From NCBI GenBank assembly GCA_951406725.2, contig OX597824.1, positions 12,276,001 through 12,340,000 on the forward strand: DNA of 64,000 nt, given 5' to 3'. This DNA is from Octopus vulgaris. Its lineage: Eukaryota. Of this stretch, positions 40,985 through 53,763 are shown piece after piece. Position 1 is the first letter of the stretch; every line of letters starts with the position of its first letter. The translations under genes were made by a program, and so were the position numbers. The notes below the pieces were generated by a model. The model was not told where the DNA came from. It did no database searches and saw only the letters and a program-made list of their open reading frames with translations.

Positions 40985-41959
40985 CAGTGAACATTTAAAC
41001 ACATGAGAGATGGCCATAACAAGTCATCTGACTCGCTAGAAAGAGTAGTTAAACTACAAACCATTAATAGTTGTAATTTTGAAAGGGAGTGAAAAATAAA
41101 ATAAAAAACATTTACCCTATATATACACGAATATGCATATTTTTGTGGATAGATATATATGTACATATATGCATACATATATATGCACATATATGTACAT
41201 ATATATGTGCATATATATATTTGTATATAGTGCATGTCTAAGTATTTGTGTGTCAAAAATAAAAAGTCTGTAAGAAAAAATGAAAAGAACCATATTCTTA
41301 TATAAAAAAAACCCCAGAACTCTTTTAATAAACTGATAGCAGAAATACACACAGCCTCCCAAACACACAAAGAAATGGTTATTACTGACTCTCTGGAATT
41401 CTAAGATACATTATTTCTAAAAATAGCCATTTCTTCTTCCATGTAAAACAGCGTTTTAATTAATGAGTTATTTTATTAAAATAAGATGAAATAGCTTTAT
41501 GTTTAGCAAAATTGAGAAAACTTTATGAGACATAGGCATGGCAATGTGGTTAAGAAGCGCGTTTTGCAACTGCGTGGTTTCAGGTTCAGTCCCACTGTGT
41601 GGCACTTTGCGAAAATGTTTACTGTAGCCCTGACCAATTCTATGTGAGTGAATTTGGTGGAGAGAAAATGTGTGAAAGCCCATAGTGTATGCATGTTCAT
41701 GTACGTATGTGTGTGTGTGTTTGTCCCCACCCCTACTTAATAACTGGTGTTGGTTTGTTTATGTCCCCATAGTTTTGTGGTTATGCAGAAGAGACTGATA
41801 GAATAAGTATCGGGAAAAAAAAGGTACTGGGTTGATTTGTTCCTCTAAACAATTCAATGTAGTGCTCCAGTATGGCCACAGATCATTGACTGAAACAGTT
41901 AAAGGATCCAAGATAAAAAAAAAAAACACCTCAAGACATTACATTAACATCTTAAGAGT

Positions 41960-42555
41960 ATTTCTGAACTGGACATCACCGGTCTGGAACCCCTATCTTG
42001 CCCAGGATATTAATCTTCTGGAAGCAGTTCAGCGACATGCAACCAAGAGAATACCCTCCATCAGGCATTTGCTATATTCTGAACGCCTTGCTTCCCTGGG
42101 TATGGATACATTGAAACACCGACGTCTGGCAGCTGACTTGGCAGACACCCATAAAATTATTAACCATCTTTCAAACAATAAACTCTCAGCACTTTTTCAA
42201 ACTCCATCTGTCTAACACCCGTGGACACGTTTACAAAGTCAGGAAACAGCACAGCTCCCATGACTTTCGGAAACATTTTTTCACGCTAAGAGTTGCTGAA
42301 GCATGGAACAAATTGCCGGCATCAGTTGTTAGTTGTCGGGGCACTGCATCTTTCAAAACTTCCATGCTTTCTGAGATTCGCCAACACTACACCTGATTTT
42401 CTCCCTCCATACACACGCAAGCATGTATCTGACTCACACACTGTTCACTTCCCAGACATTTGTACATTACTGCATATGCTTTATACGCACTTTTGACAAG
42501 TTGTGGTGCACCCGAGCACTGTATACAATAATTTCATTATTATTATTATTATTAT
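41960..42555 (+). mobile_element. 5'-truncated CR1/L2-clade LINE (ORF2 C-terminus, 3' UTR, (ATT)n tail)
   Basis: SPVWNPYLAQDINLLEAVQRHATKRIP...YSERLASLGMDTLKHRRLAADL, then after a frameshift TRGHVYKV...FFTLRVAEAWNKLP. These are typical CR1 post-RT motifs. Confidence 0.9.
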
Positions 42556-43584
42556 ATTGATTGTTGTATTTAAACAGCTGTGAATATTGACCGAGTGAAA
42601 GAATGGCCATATTCTGAAGAATATTATTAAGGCAAGGTTTTATAGTTGAATCCCCTTCACAGTAATAACCCTCGTAGGTTTTTGCCAATAAGGGATTTGA
42701 TATTTCCTATGTTTACACAAAGGTGCAATACTAGCAGATGATTTGGCAACAAGCAAAATGACAACATATGAATGTTTACTCCTTCTCAAGCCATGCCTGG
42801 CTCATAAGGGCCGGTTTCCCGGTTTCTTTGGCGTATATAGGTTCCCCACCTGTATGGGACTCCGGTCCGTCGCAGGTGAGCTGCATGATGCAGGAGGAAA
42901 GAGTGAGAGAAAGTTGTGGCGAAAAAAATCAGCAGAAGTTCGCCATTACCTTGACTGCGCCCATGCTGGAGCACTGCTTTAAAACGTGTTACCCGAAGAA
43001 ATCTACCCAAGGACTCATTCTCTGTAAGCCTGGTACTTATTCTGTCGGTCTCGTTTGCCGAACTGCTAAGTTACAGGGACATCAACACACCAGCATTGGT
43101 TGTCATTACCTTCTGTTGGAGCCGCGTGGAGCTTAGGTGTTTCGCTCATAAACACACACATCGCCCGGTCTGAGATTCGAACCTGCGATCCCTCGACCAT
43201 GAGTCTGCTGCTCTAACCACTTGGCCATGTGCCTCCACAAAATGACAACATCATCACTTGCAGCCTGCTGTTTTCATAGAAGTAGCTAATGTATACAAAT
43301 ATACATGAGTGAATACACAGACATACATATATACAAATGCATAATTTGCTCAATTACACACATATACAGAGTGGGGCAAACATCACACAGAAAATAAGTT
43401 CAATATGCTCTGAAATTGTGAAAGACATGCTTTAGTTTTTCTAAAATTGTCTAAAATACATAAGAAAATTATGAGTGGCTGTGTGGTAAGTAGCTTGCTT
43501 ACCAACCACATGGTTCCAGGTTCAGTCCCACTGTGTGGCACTTTAGGCAAGTGTCTTCTACTATAGCCTCGGGCCAACCAAATT

Positions 43585-43762
43585 TTTAATCGATTTTCTC
43601 GGTAAGTATGGGGGTTAGGAAAAAAATACAAACTGCATTCCAATCTATGCACCCATCACCACATGTGTGCCATTTTTCATGCGAATCCCCCCAGCCGTTT
43701 GGCTGTGAACCTCAAGACAAGAAAGAATACAACGATCGCCCATGTCCAATTTATATTATAGA
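43585..43762 (-). mobile_element. Helitron-like 5' fragment abutting a truncated family B SINE
   Basis: Minus strand begins A|TCtataatataaa. The plus-strand gtgccatttttcatgcgaatcccccagccgttt resembles subterminal sequence of invertebrate non-autonomous Helitrons. Confidence 0.4.
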
Positions 43763-43783
43763 TATATACATATCTATGTATGA

Positions 43784-44166
43784 TGGAAGCACTCCGTCGG
43801 TTACGACGACGAGGGTTCCGGTTGATCCGAATCAACGGAACAGCCTGCTCGTGAAATTAACGTGTAAGTGGCTGAGCACTCCACAGACACGTGTACCCTT
43901 AACGTAGTTCTCGGAGATATTCAGCGTGACACAGAGAGTGACAAGGCTGGTCCCTTTGAAATACAGGTACAACAGAAACAGGAAGTAAGAGTGAGAGAAA
44001 GTTGTGGTGAAAGAGTACAGCAGGGATCACCACCATCCCCTGCTGGAGCCTCGTGGAGCTTTAGGTGTTTTTGCTCAATAAACACTCACAATGCCCGGTC
44101 TGGGAATAGAAACCGCGATCCTATGACCGCGAGTACGCTGCCCTAACCACTGGGCCATTGCGCCTC
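43784..44166 (-). mobile_element. SINE family D, full length (tRNA-Arg-like head, resembles octopus OR-type SINEs)
   Basis: Head ggcgcaatggcccagtggttagggcagcg...ggtttc.attccc. 15-bp TSD catatctatgtatga at 43769-43783 and 44167-44181. Confidence 0.8.
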
Positions 44167-44807
44167 CATATCTATGTATGAGTGGATGCATGTATATGCA
44201 TGTGCATTTGTGTGTACCCTTGTTATGATATGATGGTTATGAATGAGCATTACCAACATACAACTGATGCTGTTTGTTTCTAGCCTTCCATAGGGGAAAT
44301 TTTTACCTCACTTGGAAGGTTGCCAGTAGGAAGGACATCCAGCTGAGGAAAATCTGCCTCAACAAATTCCATCTGACTCATGCAAGCATAGGAAAGTAGT
44401 TGTGATGATGATGATGATGATGACAAAATACACTCCCATACACTCACACGATATTTATCTTTATCTGATGGATGTACGATAATAAGTTGTTGACAATAAA
44501 TTCAGGTCTTGTTAAGCAGACCTTGAACAAAAGAATTAAATCATTTGTAGAATGCTAGAAATTATAAACTTAAAAAAAGGTTCAATCCAGAAAAACAAAA
44601 AAACAAAAATATTGTGTCATGCTTGAAAGATTTTTCTGAATAAATATCATATCTTATCTGTAGATCTTTTTACTCCTCCCTGTAACATACAGATACACAA
44701 ACACATACATGCATGTGTACACACAAGATTCTTACACACTCATATAGAGTGATAGAACAATAGGACAATTTGCCTTCAGGTTTCAGTCACTGAATAAGTA
44801 TGAAGTG

Positions 44808-44838
<31 letters not shown>

Positions 44839-45544
44839 GGGAGAGAGAGAAGGGGAGAGAGAGTGGGTGGAGGTGCAGTTTAAAATGAATAGACTTTAGT
44901 AAAATTAATTTACCAATGTGAACTTTGGAATTACCTCCCTTGACTTTCCTGACAAGAATCATAATTAATGATAACTTCTAATCAATTTTTAATTAATTCG
45001 GAATTTGAAATTGTCTCTTTAGCCTTCATGAACAAGAATCATCATTAACCACCAAAGACTTTTCTTGGCAACTTAACTGTGTATTCTTTTTGCAGAAGGT
45101 GCTCCTGGAAAATTCTCTAGTGTTGTTGTAATTCTTCAAGACCTTAAAAACCTATTTACAATACTAATAAACACAAATACACACACACACACAGAAATAA
45201 TCTTACATATCACTCACACATCCTGTTCCTACACACATACACTCTTTTATATCTTTATATTTCACGTAGTCTTTCCCTTTCTGACTCACAAGTACAACCT
45301 CATAAATCACACACACATACACACACACACAGCCCCACTCTGACCTCTCTCTTTTTTTCAGTCTCCCCCATTACCAACACTCTATAACTTTATGTGCACT
45401 ATTTTCCCATTCCACCATTAAGAATTAATACATGCCTCGTTGCCACCTGCCTAAGTTTGTTTTCATAGTGAGAGCTTTATACAAACTGTATAATTTCATT
45501 TAATCTTTCAGTCAGTTAAAATTTAGGGGGCTTCCTATTATGCT

Positions 45545-46372
45545 TGCCAGTACAGCTGGACTGGATCCCATGTCAGTGGCATGTTAAAAGTACGATACGA
45601 ATGTGGTCGATGCCAGTGCCACGTGACTGGCTCCCATGCCAGTGGCACATACTATGCCGGTGGCACATACTATGCCGGGTGCACATACTATGCCGGTGGC
45701 ATATACTATGCCGGTGGCACATACTATACCGGTGGCACATACTATGCCGGTGGCATATACTATGCCAGTGGCATATACTATACCGGTGGCATATACTATG
45801 CCGGTGGCACATAAAAAGCACCATTCAAGCATGGTCAATGCCAGTGCTATCTGACTGGCTCCCATGCTGGTGGCACGTAAAAAGCACCATATGAGTGTGG
45901 TCGATGCCACTTGACTGGCTCCCATGCCGGTGACACATAAAAAGAACCATGAGTGCGGTAGATGCTAGTGCCACTTGACTGGCTCCTGTGCTGGTGGCAT
46001 ATAAAAAGCACCATTTGAGCATGGTTGACGCCAGTGCTGCCTGACTGACTCCCATGCTGGTGGCATGTAAAAAGAACCATATGAGCATGGTCAATCCCAG
46101 TTCTGCCTGACTAGCTCCCATGCCAGTGGCACGTAAAAAAGTACTGATTGAGTGTAGTTGATGCCAGTGTCACCTGACTGGCTCCAGTCTGGTGGAATGT
46201 AAAAAGTAGCCACTACACTCTTGGAGTGGTTGGCATTAGGAAGGGCATCAAGCTGTAGAAACCTTGGCAGATCAGATTAGAGCCTGGTGCAGCCTCCTGG
46301 CTTGCCAGTCCCTCGTCAAACTGTCCAACCCATGCCAGCATGGAAAGCGGACATTAGATGATGATGATGATG
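45545..46372 (+). mobile_element. Expanded family C element with about eight ~60-65 bp sub-repeats
   Basis: Repeats of tgcc(a/g)gtggca(c/t)gtaaaaagcaccat...gatgccagtgc...tgactggctccca, then the normal body and (gat)n tail. Confidence 0.85.
45638..45813. repeat. 18-bp minisatellite, nine full copies plus a partial
   Basis: (g/a)cc(g/a)gtggca(c/t)atactat repeated head-to-tail. Confidence 0.95.
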
Positions 46373-46696
46373 AGAAATAATTCTCATTAATATGTGGTTT
46401 CAAATTCACTTCCATTGTGTGGTACTTGGGAAAGTGTTGCCATCATCATCATCATCATTTAACATCCATATTCCATGCTGGCATTGTTTGGATGGTTTGA
46501 CAGGATCTGGTGGGTCCAGGGACTGCATCATGCCCAAGTGTCTGATTTGGCATTGTTTCTACAGCTGGATGTCTTTTGAATGTCCTAAGACACCCAGTGG
46601 TGATGAAGTGTCCAGGTGGCATCCTCCAGTCATGAGGTAAGTAGAAGTGAATGGGTGGGAGTTTGCATAAGTGCATGCAGGAGCAAATGCTAGAGG

Positions 46697-46766
<70 letters not shown>

Positions 46767-47467
46767 ATGTGTGTGTGTGTGTATTTCATTTTTGGATTTG
46801 GACAATTGTAAAGGTTGCAAGATGCAACAAAAATTTTAGGAAAATAAAAATAAGGAATAAGTGGAAATTTTACTGGTGTGTTAAATTATAAGGCACAAAA
46901 AGAAAATGACTCCCCAGACACAACAGAATATATATATATATATGTGTATGTATGTATATATGTATGTATGTGTGTGTCAATAAATGTTATATGCTATGAA
47001 ACACATGCACATACATATACACTTTGGGTTGACCAATGCATTATGAGTGGATCTGGTAGCCAATAAAGTATGAAAACCTATTGCATGTGTGTGACAATGT
47101 GTGTATGTGCATACCTGTGTGTGTGTGTGTGTGAATGTTTACCCCCACCCCAGCTCTGCTCAAGTTAAGCCAAGAGATGCATATACCCGTGTTTGACAAC
47201 ATGACCAGCTGCTCTGTGCTTTCTAATGACCAGTGGAATAAAACAGTCATAACTTGCTTGATGACCCTATGAATGCACAGGCATATACATACATGAATTG
47301 CAAGGATGATCTGGTTCTTGACTGAGGATAGATAGCTTCGAATGACCCGTCCTTGTTATTTTTTTTGTATCGTCTATCTGGATGTTTTGTCCTTTTTTGT
47401 ATCACCTAGTTGTCTGGATGTTTTGCGTTCTTGTCACGTTTTGTAATTTATATATATATATATATAT

Positions 47468-47779
47468 ATCACCTGATCACGTGACCGACCAGGCTATCAG
47501 AGGTTGTTAAACATCGCTGGTGGTCACAATGCACTCCGCATTGTTTTAGCCTTCAAATGACGCCACCCCGCTGGCTAAACGAGCAGGCCAAACAGAAGAA
47601 AGAGTGAGAGAAATTGTGGTGAAAGAGTACAGCAGGGATTTCCACCCACCCCTGCTGGAGCCTCATGGAGCTTTTCAGGTGTTTTTGCTCAATAAACACT
47701 CACAACACCCGGTCTGGGAATCGAAACCTCGATCCCATGACCGCGAGTCTGCTGCCCTAACCACTGGGCCATTGTGCCT

Positions 47780-47781
<2 letters not shown>
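47468..47781 (-). mobile_element. SINE family D with an alternative 3' half
   Basis: Same head as the 43784-44166 copy, unrelated tail at 47468-47595. Confidence 0.7.
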
Positions 47782-47831
<50 letters not shown>

Positions 47832-47835
<4 letters not shown>

Positions 47836-48022
47836 GCCATGATAGATCGTTAGCCACTACACACATTTTTTTCTCTCCTTGTTTTTTCTGTGTCTCTTTC
47901 TGTAGAAGAGCGTAGGCTCGAAACGTAAAATACTTTTTCTATTCTTGAGCGTTATACTAATACATCTGTTTGTTTTGTACACCACCTGTCTTCATCTTTT
48001 GTTTTTTTCGTAAACTCTCCCT
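47832..48022 (+). mobile_element. Penelope-like fragment in (TA)n with a variant hammerhead motif (47897-47930)
   Basis: TTT-CTGTAGA-A-GAGC(gtag)GCTC-GAAACGTA-AAA. Same layout as the 15241-15430 fragment. Confidence 0.6.
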
Positions 48023-48042
48023 ATATATATATATATATAGCT

Positions 48043-48382
48043 TTTGGCCGGTTGCCAGCTCTGTCTGGCCCCGTGTCGGTGGCACGTAAAAGCACCATCC
48101 GTTCGTGTCCGTTGCCAGCATCGCCTGGCCCGTGCCGGTGACACGTAAAAGCACCATCCGTTCGTGGCCGTTCGCCAGCTCTGTCTGGCACCTGTGCGGG
48201 TGGCACGTAAAAAGCACCCACTACACTCATGGAGTGGTTGGCGTTAGGAAGGGCATCCAGCCGTAGAAACACTGCCAGATCTGACTGGGCCTGACGAAGC
48301 CTTCCAGCTTCACAGACCCCAGTTGACCCGTCCAACCCATGCTAGCATGGAAAGCGGACGCTAAACGATGATGATGATGATG

Positions 48383-48385
<3 letters not shown>
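48043..48385 (+). mobile_element. SINE family C, young copy in (TA)n
   Basis: CpG-rich sub-repeats, body and (gat)n tail. Confidence 0.8.
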
Positions 48386-48413
<28 letters not shown>

Positions 48414-48889
48414 TATATATGGAAGTATGTATGTATGTATATATAGTAGTAAGCTAAACCTCATCCAGTTATGAATCATTATACCATTTGACCAGCCTTA
48501 GAGCATCTCAAACTATTTTGTCTTTGACACATAATACTACTCCTGCAAATGAGATGTGGTTTCTGTTTGTTTACATTTGCAATGTTTATTCCTTCCCAAA
48601 CTTTAGGAATCTTGTACTTATTTCTGGTATTTATTTCAGTATTTTAACATTGTAATTACTTGTGTCATCTGTTATAACCCTAGGCTGTGCATTACTTTGT
48701 GAGTAGACTTGGTAGATGGAGACTGTAAAAAGCCCATCGCATATTTTTTTCTTCAATAGGCGCAAAGCCTGAAATTTTGTAGGGTGCTGCTAGTCGATTA
48801 CACTGACCCCCAGTATACAATTAGTATTCATTTTATTGACATATGTAAATATATATATACTCATGCATGAATATATGCACATATATCAT

Positions 48890-49290
48890 TTTATTCTTTT
48901 ATTTGTTTCAGCCATTTGATTGCGGCCATGCTGGAGCACCACCTTTAGTCAAACAATTCGACTCCAGGACTTATGCGTTGTAAGCCTAGTACTTATTCTA
49001 TCAGTCTCTTTTGCCGAACCGCTAAGTTACAGGGATGTAAACACACCAACATCGGTTGTCAAGCTATGGTGGGGTGACAAATACGGACACACAAAAATAT
49101 ACACACACACATATATGCATATATACGACGGGCTTCTTTCAGTTTCCGTCAACCGAATCCACTCACAGGGCTTTAATCGGGCCGAGGCTATAGTAGAAGA
49201 CACTTGCCCAAGCTGCCACGCAGTGGGACTGAACCCAGAACCATGTGGTTGTGAAGCAAGCTACTTACCACACAGCTGTGCCCGTGCCTA
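48890..49290 (-). mobile_element. SINE family B
   Basis: Reverse-complement full copy. Confidence 0.8.
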
Positions 49291-49433
49291 TATATAGAAT
49301 ACTATTTATGCAAGGTGTGTGTGAAGGTACCTACATGCATAAATGTGTGTGTGTGTGTGTGTCAGTAAAGTGTGTGTATGGCTGTGTATGTAAGTGTCTG
49401 TGTCATGTGTTTGAATTTGTATGTGTTTATATA

Positions 49434-49471
<38 letters not shown>

Positions 49472-49836
49472 TCTATGTGAGTGAGTGCATGCTGTTTAAA
49501 GTGTGTGGGTGTCTAAGTAATGTGAAATGTAAGGTTGCACAGACTAGAGAGGTGTGAAAGGAATGTTGGATAGGTTATAAAGAAACAGCTATGCTTTTTC
49601 TACCACAACTACTACTACTACTACTACTACTACTAGTATTATGTAAAGCAAGTTGGCCATGAAGTATATCACCAGGGAAACCTACTTTCACTCAAATGAG
49701 GTGTGGCATTTCAGTTATGTATAGGGGCCCTTGCTATAGGTGTGGGTACACACATATGTATGTGTGTGTGTGTGTGTATGTATGTATGTGTGTGTGTATG
49801 TGTGTATGTGTGTGTGTGTGTGTATGTGTGTATGTA

Positions 49837-49868
<32 letters not shown>

Positions 49869-49972
49869 CACATGTATGCATATAAAATTAATTAAGGGTA
49901 GAAATTGATATTTATCAATTAAGACCAGTGGTCTAGCATATTAAAAAAGAATCCGAAGATTAAAATATTTAT

Positions 49973-50160
49973 ATATACCAATTAAGGACTGAACACGAAA
50001 AGTGGACAGTCAACATGCTAGATATAGACGTCAAATCGCCATTCTCCACAAAAGATTATGTTCTCTTGATCTGAGAACATAATCTTTTGTGGAGAATGGC
50101 GATTTGACGTCTATATCTAGCATGTTGACTGTCCACTTTTCGTGTTCAGTCCTTAATTGG

Positions 50161-50165
<5 letters not shown>
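49973..50165. repeat. Perfect inverted repeat, 93-bp arms with a 7-nt loop
   Basis: 49973-50065 is the reverse complement of 50073-50165. The loop is ttgatct. Confidence 0.95.
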
Positions 50166-50239
<74 letters not shown>

Positions 50240-50242
<3 letters not shown>

Positions 50243-50615
50243 CGTGGGCATGGCTGTGTGGTAAGAAGTTTGCTTCTCAACCACATTGTTCCAGGTTCAG
50301 TCCCACTTCATGGCATCTTGTGCAAGTGTCTTCTACTATAGCCTTGGGTCAACCAAAGCCTTGTGAGTGGATTTGGTAGACAGAAACTGAAAGAAACCTG
50401 TCTTATATATATGTATATAGATATATATATTTGTGTGTCTGTGTTTGTCACCCCACCAATCGATGCTGGGCTGTTTACGTCCACGTAACTAAACGGTTCG
50501 ACAAAAGAGTCCGATTTATAAGTACCGGGTTTACAAAGAATAAGTCCAGGGGTCGATATCTTTGATTAAAAGGCAGCGCTCTAGCATGGCCACAGTAAAA
50601 AATGACTGAAACAAA
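50240..50615 (+). mobile_element. SINE family B
   Basis: Full copy after (TA)n. Confidence 0.8.
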
Positions 50616-50872
50616 TATATAAAAAAAAGAATATATATATTACACATATATATATATATATATATCCCACATACAGATATGTGTGTATATGGATGTGTAC
50701 TTTCATTGATTCAACATAGAATCTTCATGTTCTGACACGAAATAAATTAAGAGCATTTAAACTTTTATTTTAGGTCACACATACAGAGACATGCATAGGC
50801 ATATACAAGCAGTTTGTGTTCAGAGAATGCATATCCACACACATGCACAATACCTAAAACTTATAGGGTGGA

Positions 50873-50987
<115 letters not shown>

Positions 50988-53259
50988 ACACACACACAAA
51001 TGTATATTGGCGTTCCTGTACAATAGCGTCGGAAATTATCGAATGTAGTAGAAACCGTAATTTATTTGAATTACGCTTTAAGCAACGTAGAGTCAGAAAA
51101 GCAAGGACGTAATTTGCTTGGAGTGGTGGTGCAAACCCAGGTCCAACCCAGGATGTTCAACCGTTTCCATTGCACCTCCCCCACCAAATTCTAGTGGGTG
51201 TGCTTGCACCCCTTGTTTCCGTGCCTATGTAGAGAGTACGACACTCTAGCGGTGGTTTGCCCATGGGCAGATTCTGTGCTTGTGAACCTTCTCCAGCACT
51301 CTCTGTACGACCTGGGAGGGTCCGTGTGTCCTCCCCTGCTGCCGTTAAGGGGATTACTGGAACTTTGGCTACCATGACTAGACTTGGGGTGTATACTGGA
51401 GTGGTTTCCCCCGTTGCCTTCTTTGGGCCGCGAGGATTTCAACTCAGAATGTAGAGAGCCGGAAGATATACATATCTGCAGATGCACCAACGATTATGCC
51501 ACTCTGACATCCGCAGAGGAAAGCCTGGAATTAAGAGTTTTCTCAATAACACAATGCGTCGCCCGTCCGGGAATCGAATCTATGATCTAGCGATCTAAAG
51601 TACAACTCCCTAACTAGTAGCTCACGTGCCTTCACAAAGTACGATATAGCAAAAAAAAGGGGGTGAGATTTGCTCTTTCCCTTGTAATTCTTCAGTTTTG
51701 ACTATTTTTCTAAAAAAAAAAAAGAAATTTTTTTTCAGATTTACGTTTATATATTACGCATATATTTTTTCGAACGATCTTAATCTTGAAATTTTAAAAC
51801 ATAAATCTGAAAAAAAAAAAAAAAATTTTTATCAAATGTATGTCAAAACTGGAAAATTACCAAAACGTGGGAGAGAGGAAGGGTCAAAAATCTACTCTCA
51901 CCATTTTTTTTTATGGAATCGTAATCTGCGACACTTGAAAACATGCACATCCGAAAATTACGGTTTTTGGCATACTAAATAATTTCTGACACTAATTTAT
52001 AGAAACACTTATGTGTGTACGTGTATATATATATGTTCTTTCTCTTTTTAATCCAGATTAAATTTTGACCGGCCACGTATTTGGTAGCAAGGCTGTGAGT
52101 AACAGAATGCGTCTTATTTTGTTCACCAACCTTTAAATCTTGTAGATTTTTATAGTCCCAGATGTATGTATGTACATGCATGCATACAAAAGCGCGCACA
52201 CACATACACAGATATACATATCTATATCTATATATATAGAGAGCCACCCACTCAATAAGTTCCCCTCTGCACTTGTGGTAGCCGCCGCTACTTTGAACGA
52301 ACGTCAAGTAAGAATTGTTGTGAAAACTGTCATAACCAACCGTACAATGACAAGCAGGCCAAACAAGATTCGAGTAGGTCAGATGTAGAATTTCGCATCG
52401 ATCGAACGGAAGAGTCCTGAGACAGTCATCAACTAATTCAGCCGTAGTTTTCCAGAATGTCACGTTAATTAACAAATTAATCGCAATTATTATTAGTGAT
52501 CCAAGCAAATCCCGATAGAAGGTTAGAATATATTATTAGCTTAATTAATAAATAATGTTGCCTTAAAAATACCATTTCTTACACAAGCGAAAGCGTATTT
52601 TGCGTGTAAAGATTAAGAAAACAATAGAGTTGTTTAATTAATTAAAAATGTGCTTAATTGCAGTCGGTTATATGTTTATATCTGTCCGTTATCCGGCAAG
52701 TAGATTAAAAAAGAAAAAAAAGCTGGAATTACAATGGGAACGAGATTCCTTAAGACGTCCGTTCTAATAAGCAGTATATCCCAGTTAAAGGAAAACTATC
52801 CGAGCGATAGTAATAACATAGGAAGAATAACGATACGCATCAGGTTCTTAATTAAGTAGTTATTCGTTTATTTAAAAAAAAAGTGCGGCCAAGACAACGA
52901 CAACAACAATAATAATTTATTTTCCACAGGGACGTCGGATGAAGGGCATTTTACAAAGACAGAGAAAAGAAAAAGAAAATTTGAGGAACCCTTAGTTTTT
53001 CTGTTATTGTCTTGCTCTCTCAGCATTAAAAAATCGGCATAATATCGTCCTGTAGAAACGGTAACGATAATAATAACATTGATAATTACACATATTTTCT
53101 AATACTAAAATCGTAAGTTAATCACATAGCGAATGTTCCTTTTCTTTTTACTTGTAGAAGGGTAACTCAATACGATAACATTTGGTCTGGTTCTTATTTT
53201 ATCGATCCGAAGATAAAAAAAATAAGTTCTTTATTTGCGTCAAGGGCAACACACACATA

Positions 53260-53299
<40 letters not shown>

Positions 53300-53763
53300 A
53301 TCTGTCTATCTATATATCTATTTATCTATATATCTATCTATCTATATATATATTACGTCTTCTTGTGGTGTCCTGTACGTATATATATTTATATATGCAT
53401 GTATATATACATGTAGATGTCGGTACGTACATATATTTTATTTATTACACTATATATATATATACATATCTATACACACACACACACTATATAAATATAC
53501 TATACATATATGAATTATGCAAGTACATTGGTGAGAAAAATAAACAAAATGACAAATGTCTTACGTAGTATATTAATCTATTACAATCTCATTCGCGTGT
53601 AGGATGCTTTACTAGAATATTAAATCAACTCCAATACTTTTATTTTTTTTCTTCATTTTATCGATATCGGAACGATAAAAAGCGAAGTTACCTGGGTGGC
53701 CTTGAATTACAAAATATAAATAAATCAACAAATCTAAAAGAAAGAAAATTCGTCTATGCCTAC

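Noticed and set aside
45544-45925. Repeat proteins (CRWHIL)n, (YYAGGT)n, (CATGIV)n
   Set aside because: Translations of the 18-bp minisatellite in all frames.
45545-46210. CRISPR-like array of regularly spaced repeats
   Set aside because: The spacers are homologous to each other, the unit is part of a dispersed SINE, there are no cas genes, and the context is eukaryotic.
51975-52508. 177-aa minus-strand ORF
   Set aside because: Non-ATG start, half of it is microsatellite-derived, and it has no calpain or other motifs.
53734-53763. C-terminal VGIDEFSFF of the 141-aa calpain ORF
   Set aside because: It lies after the conserved splice donor and is intronic read-through, not a complete small protein.
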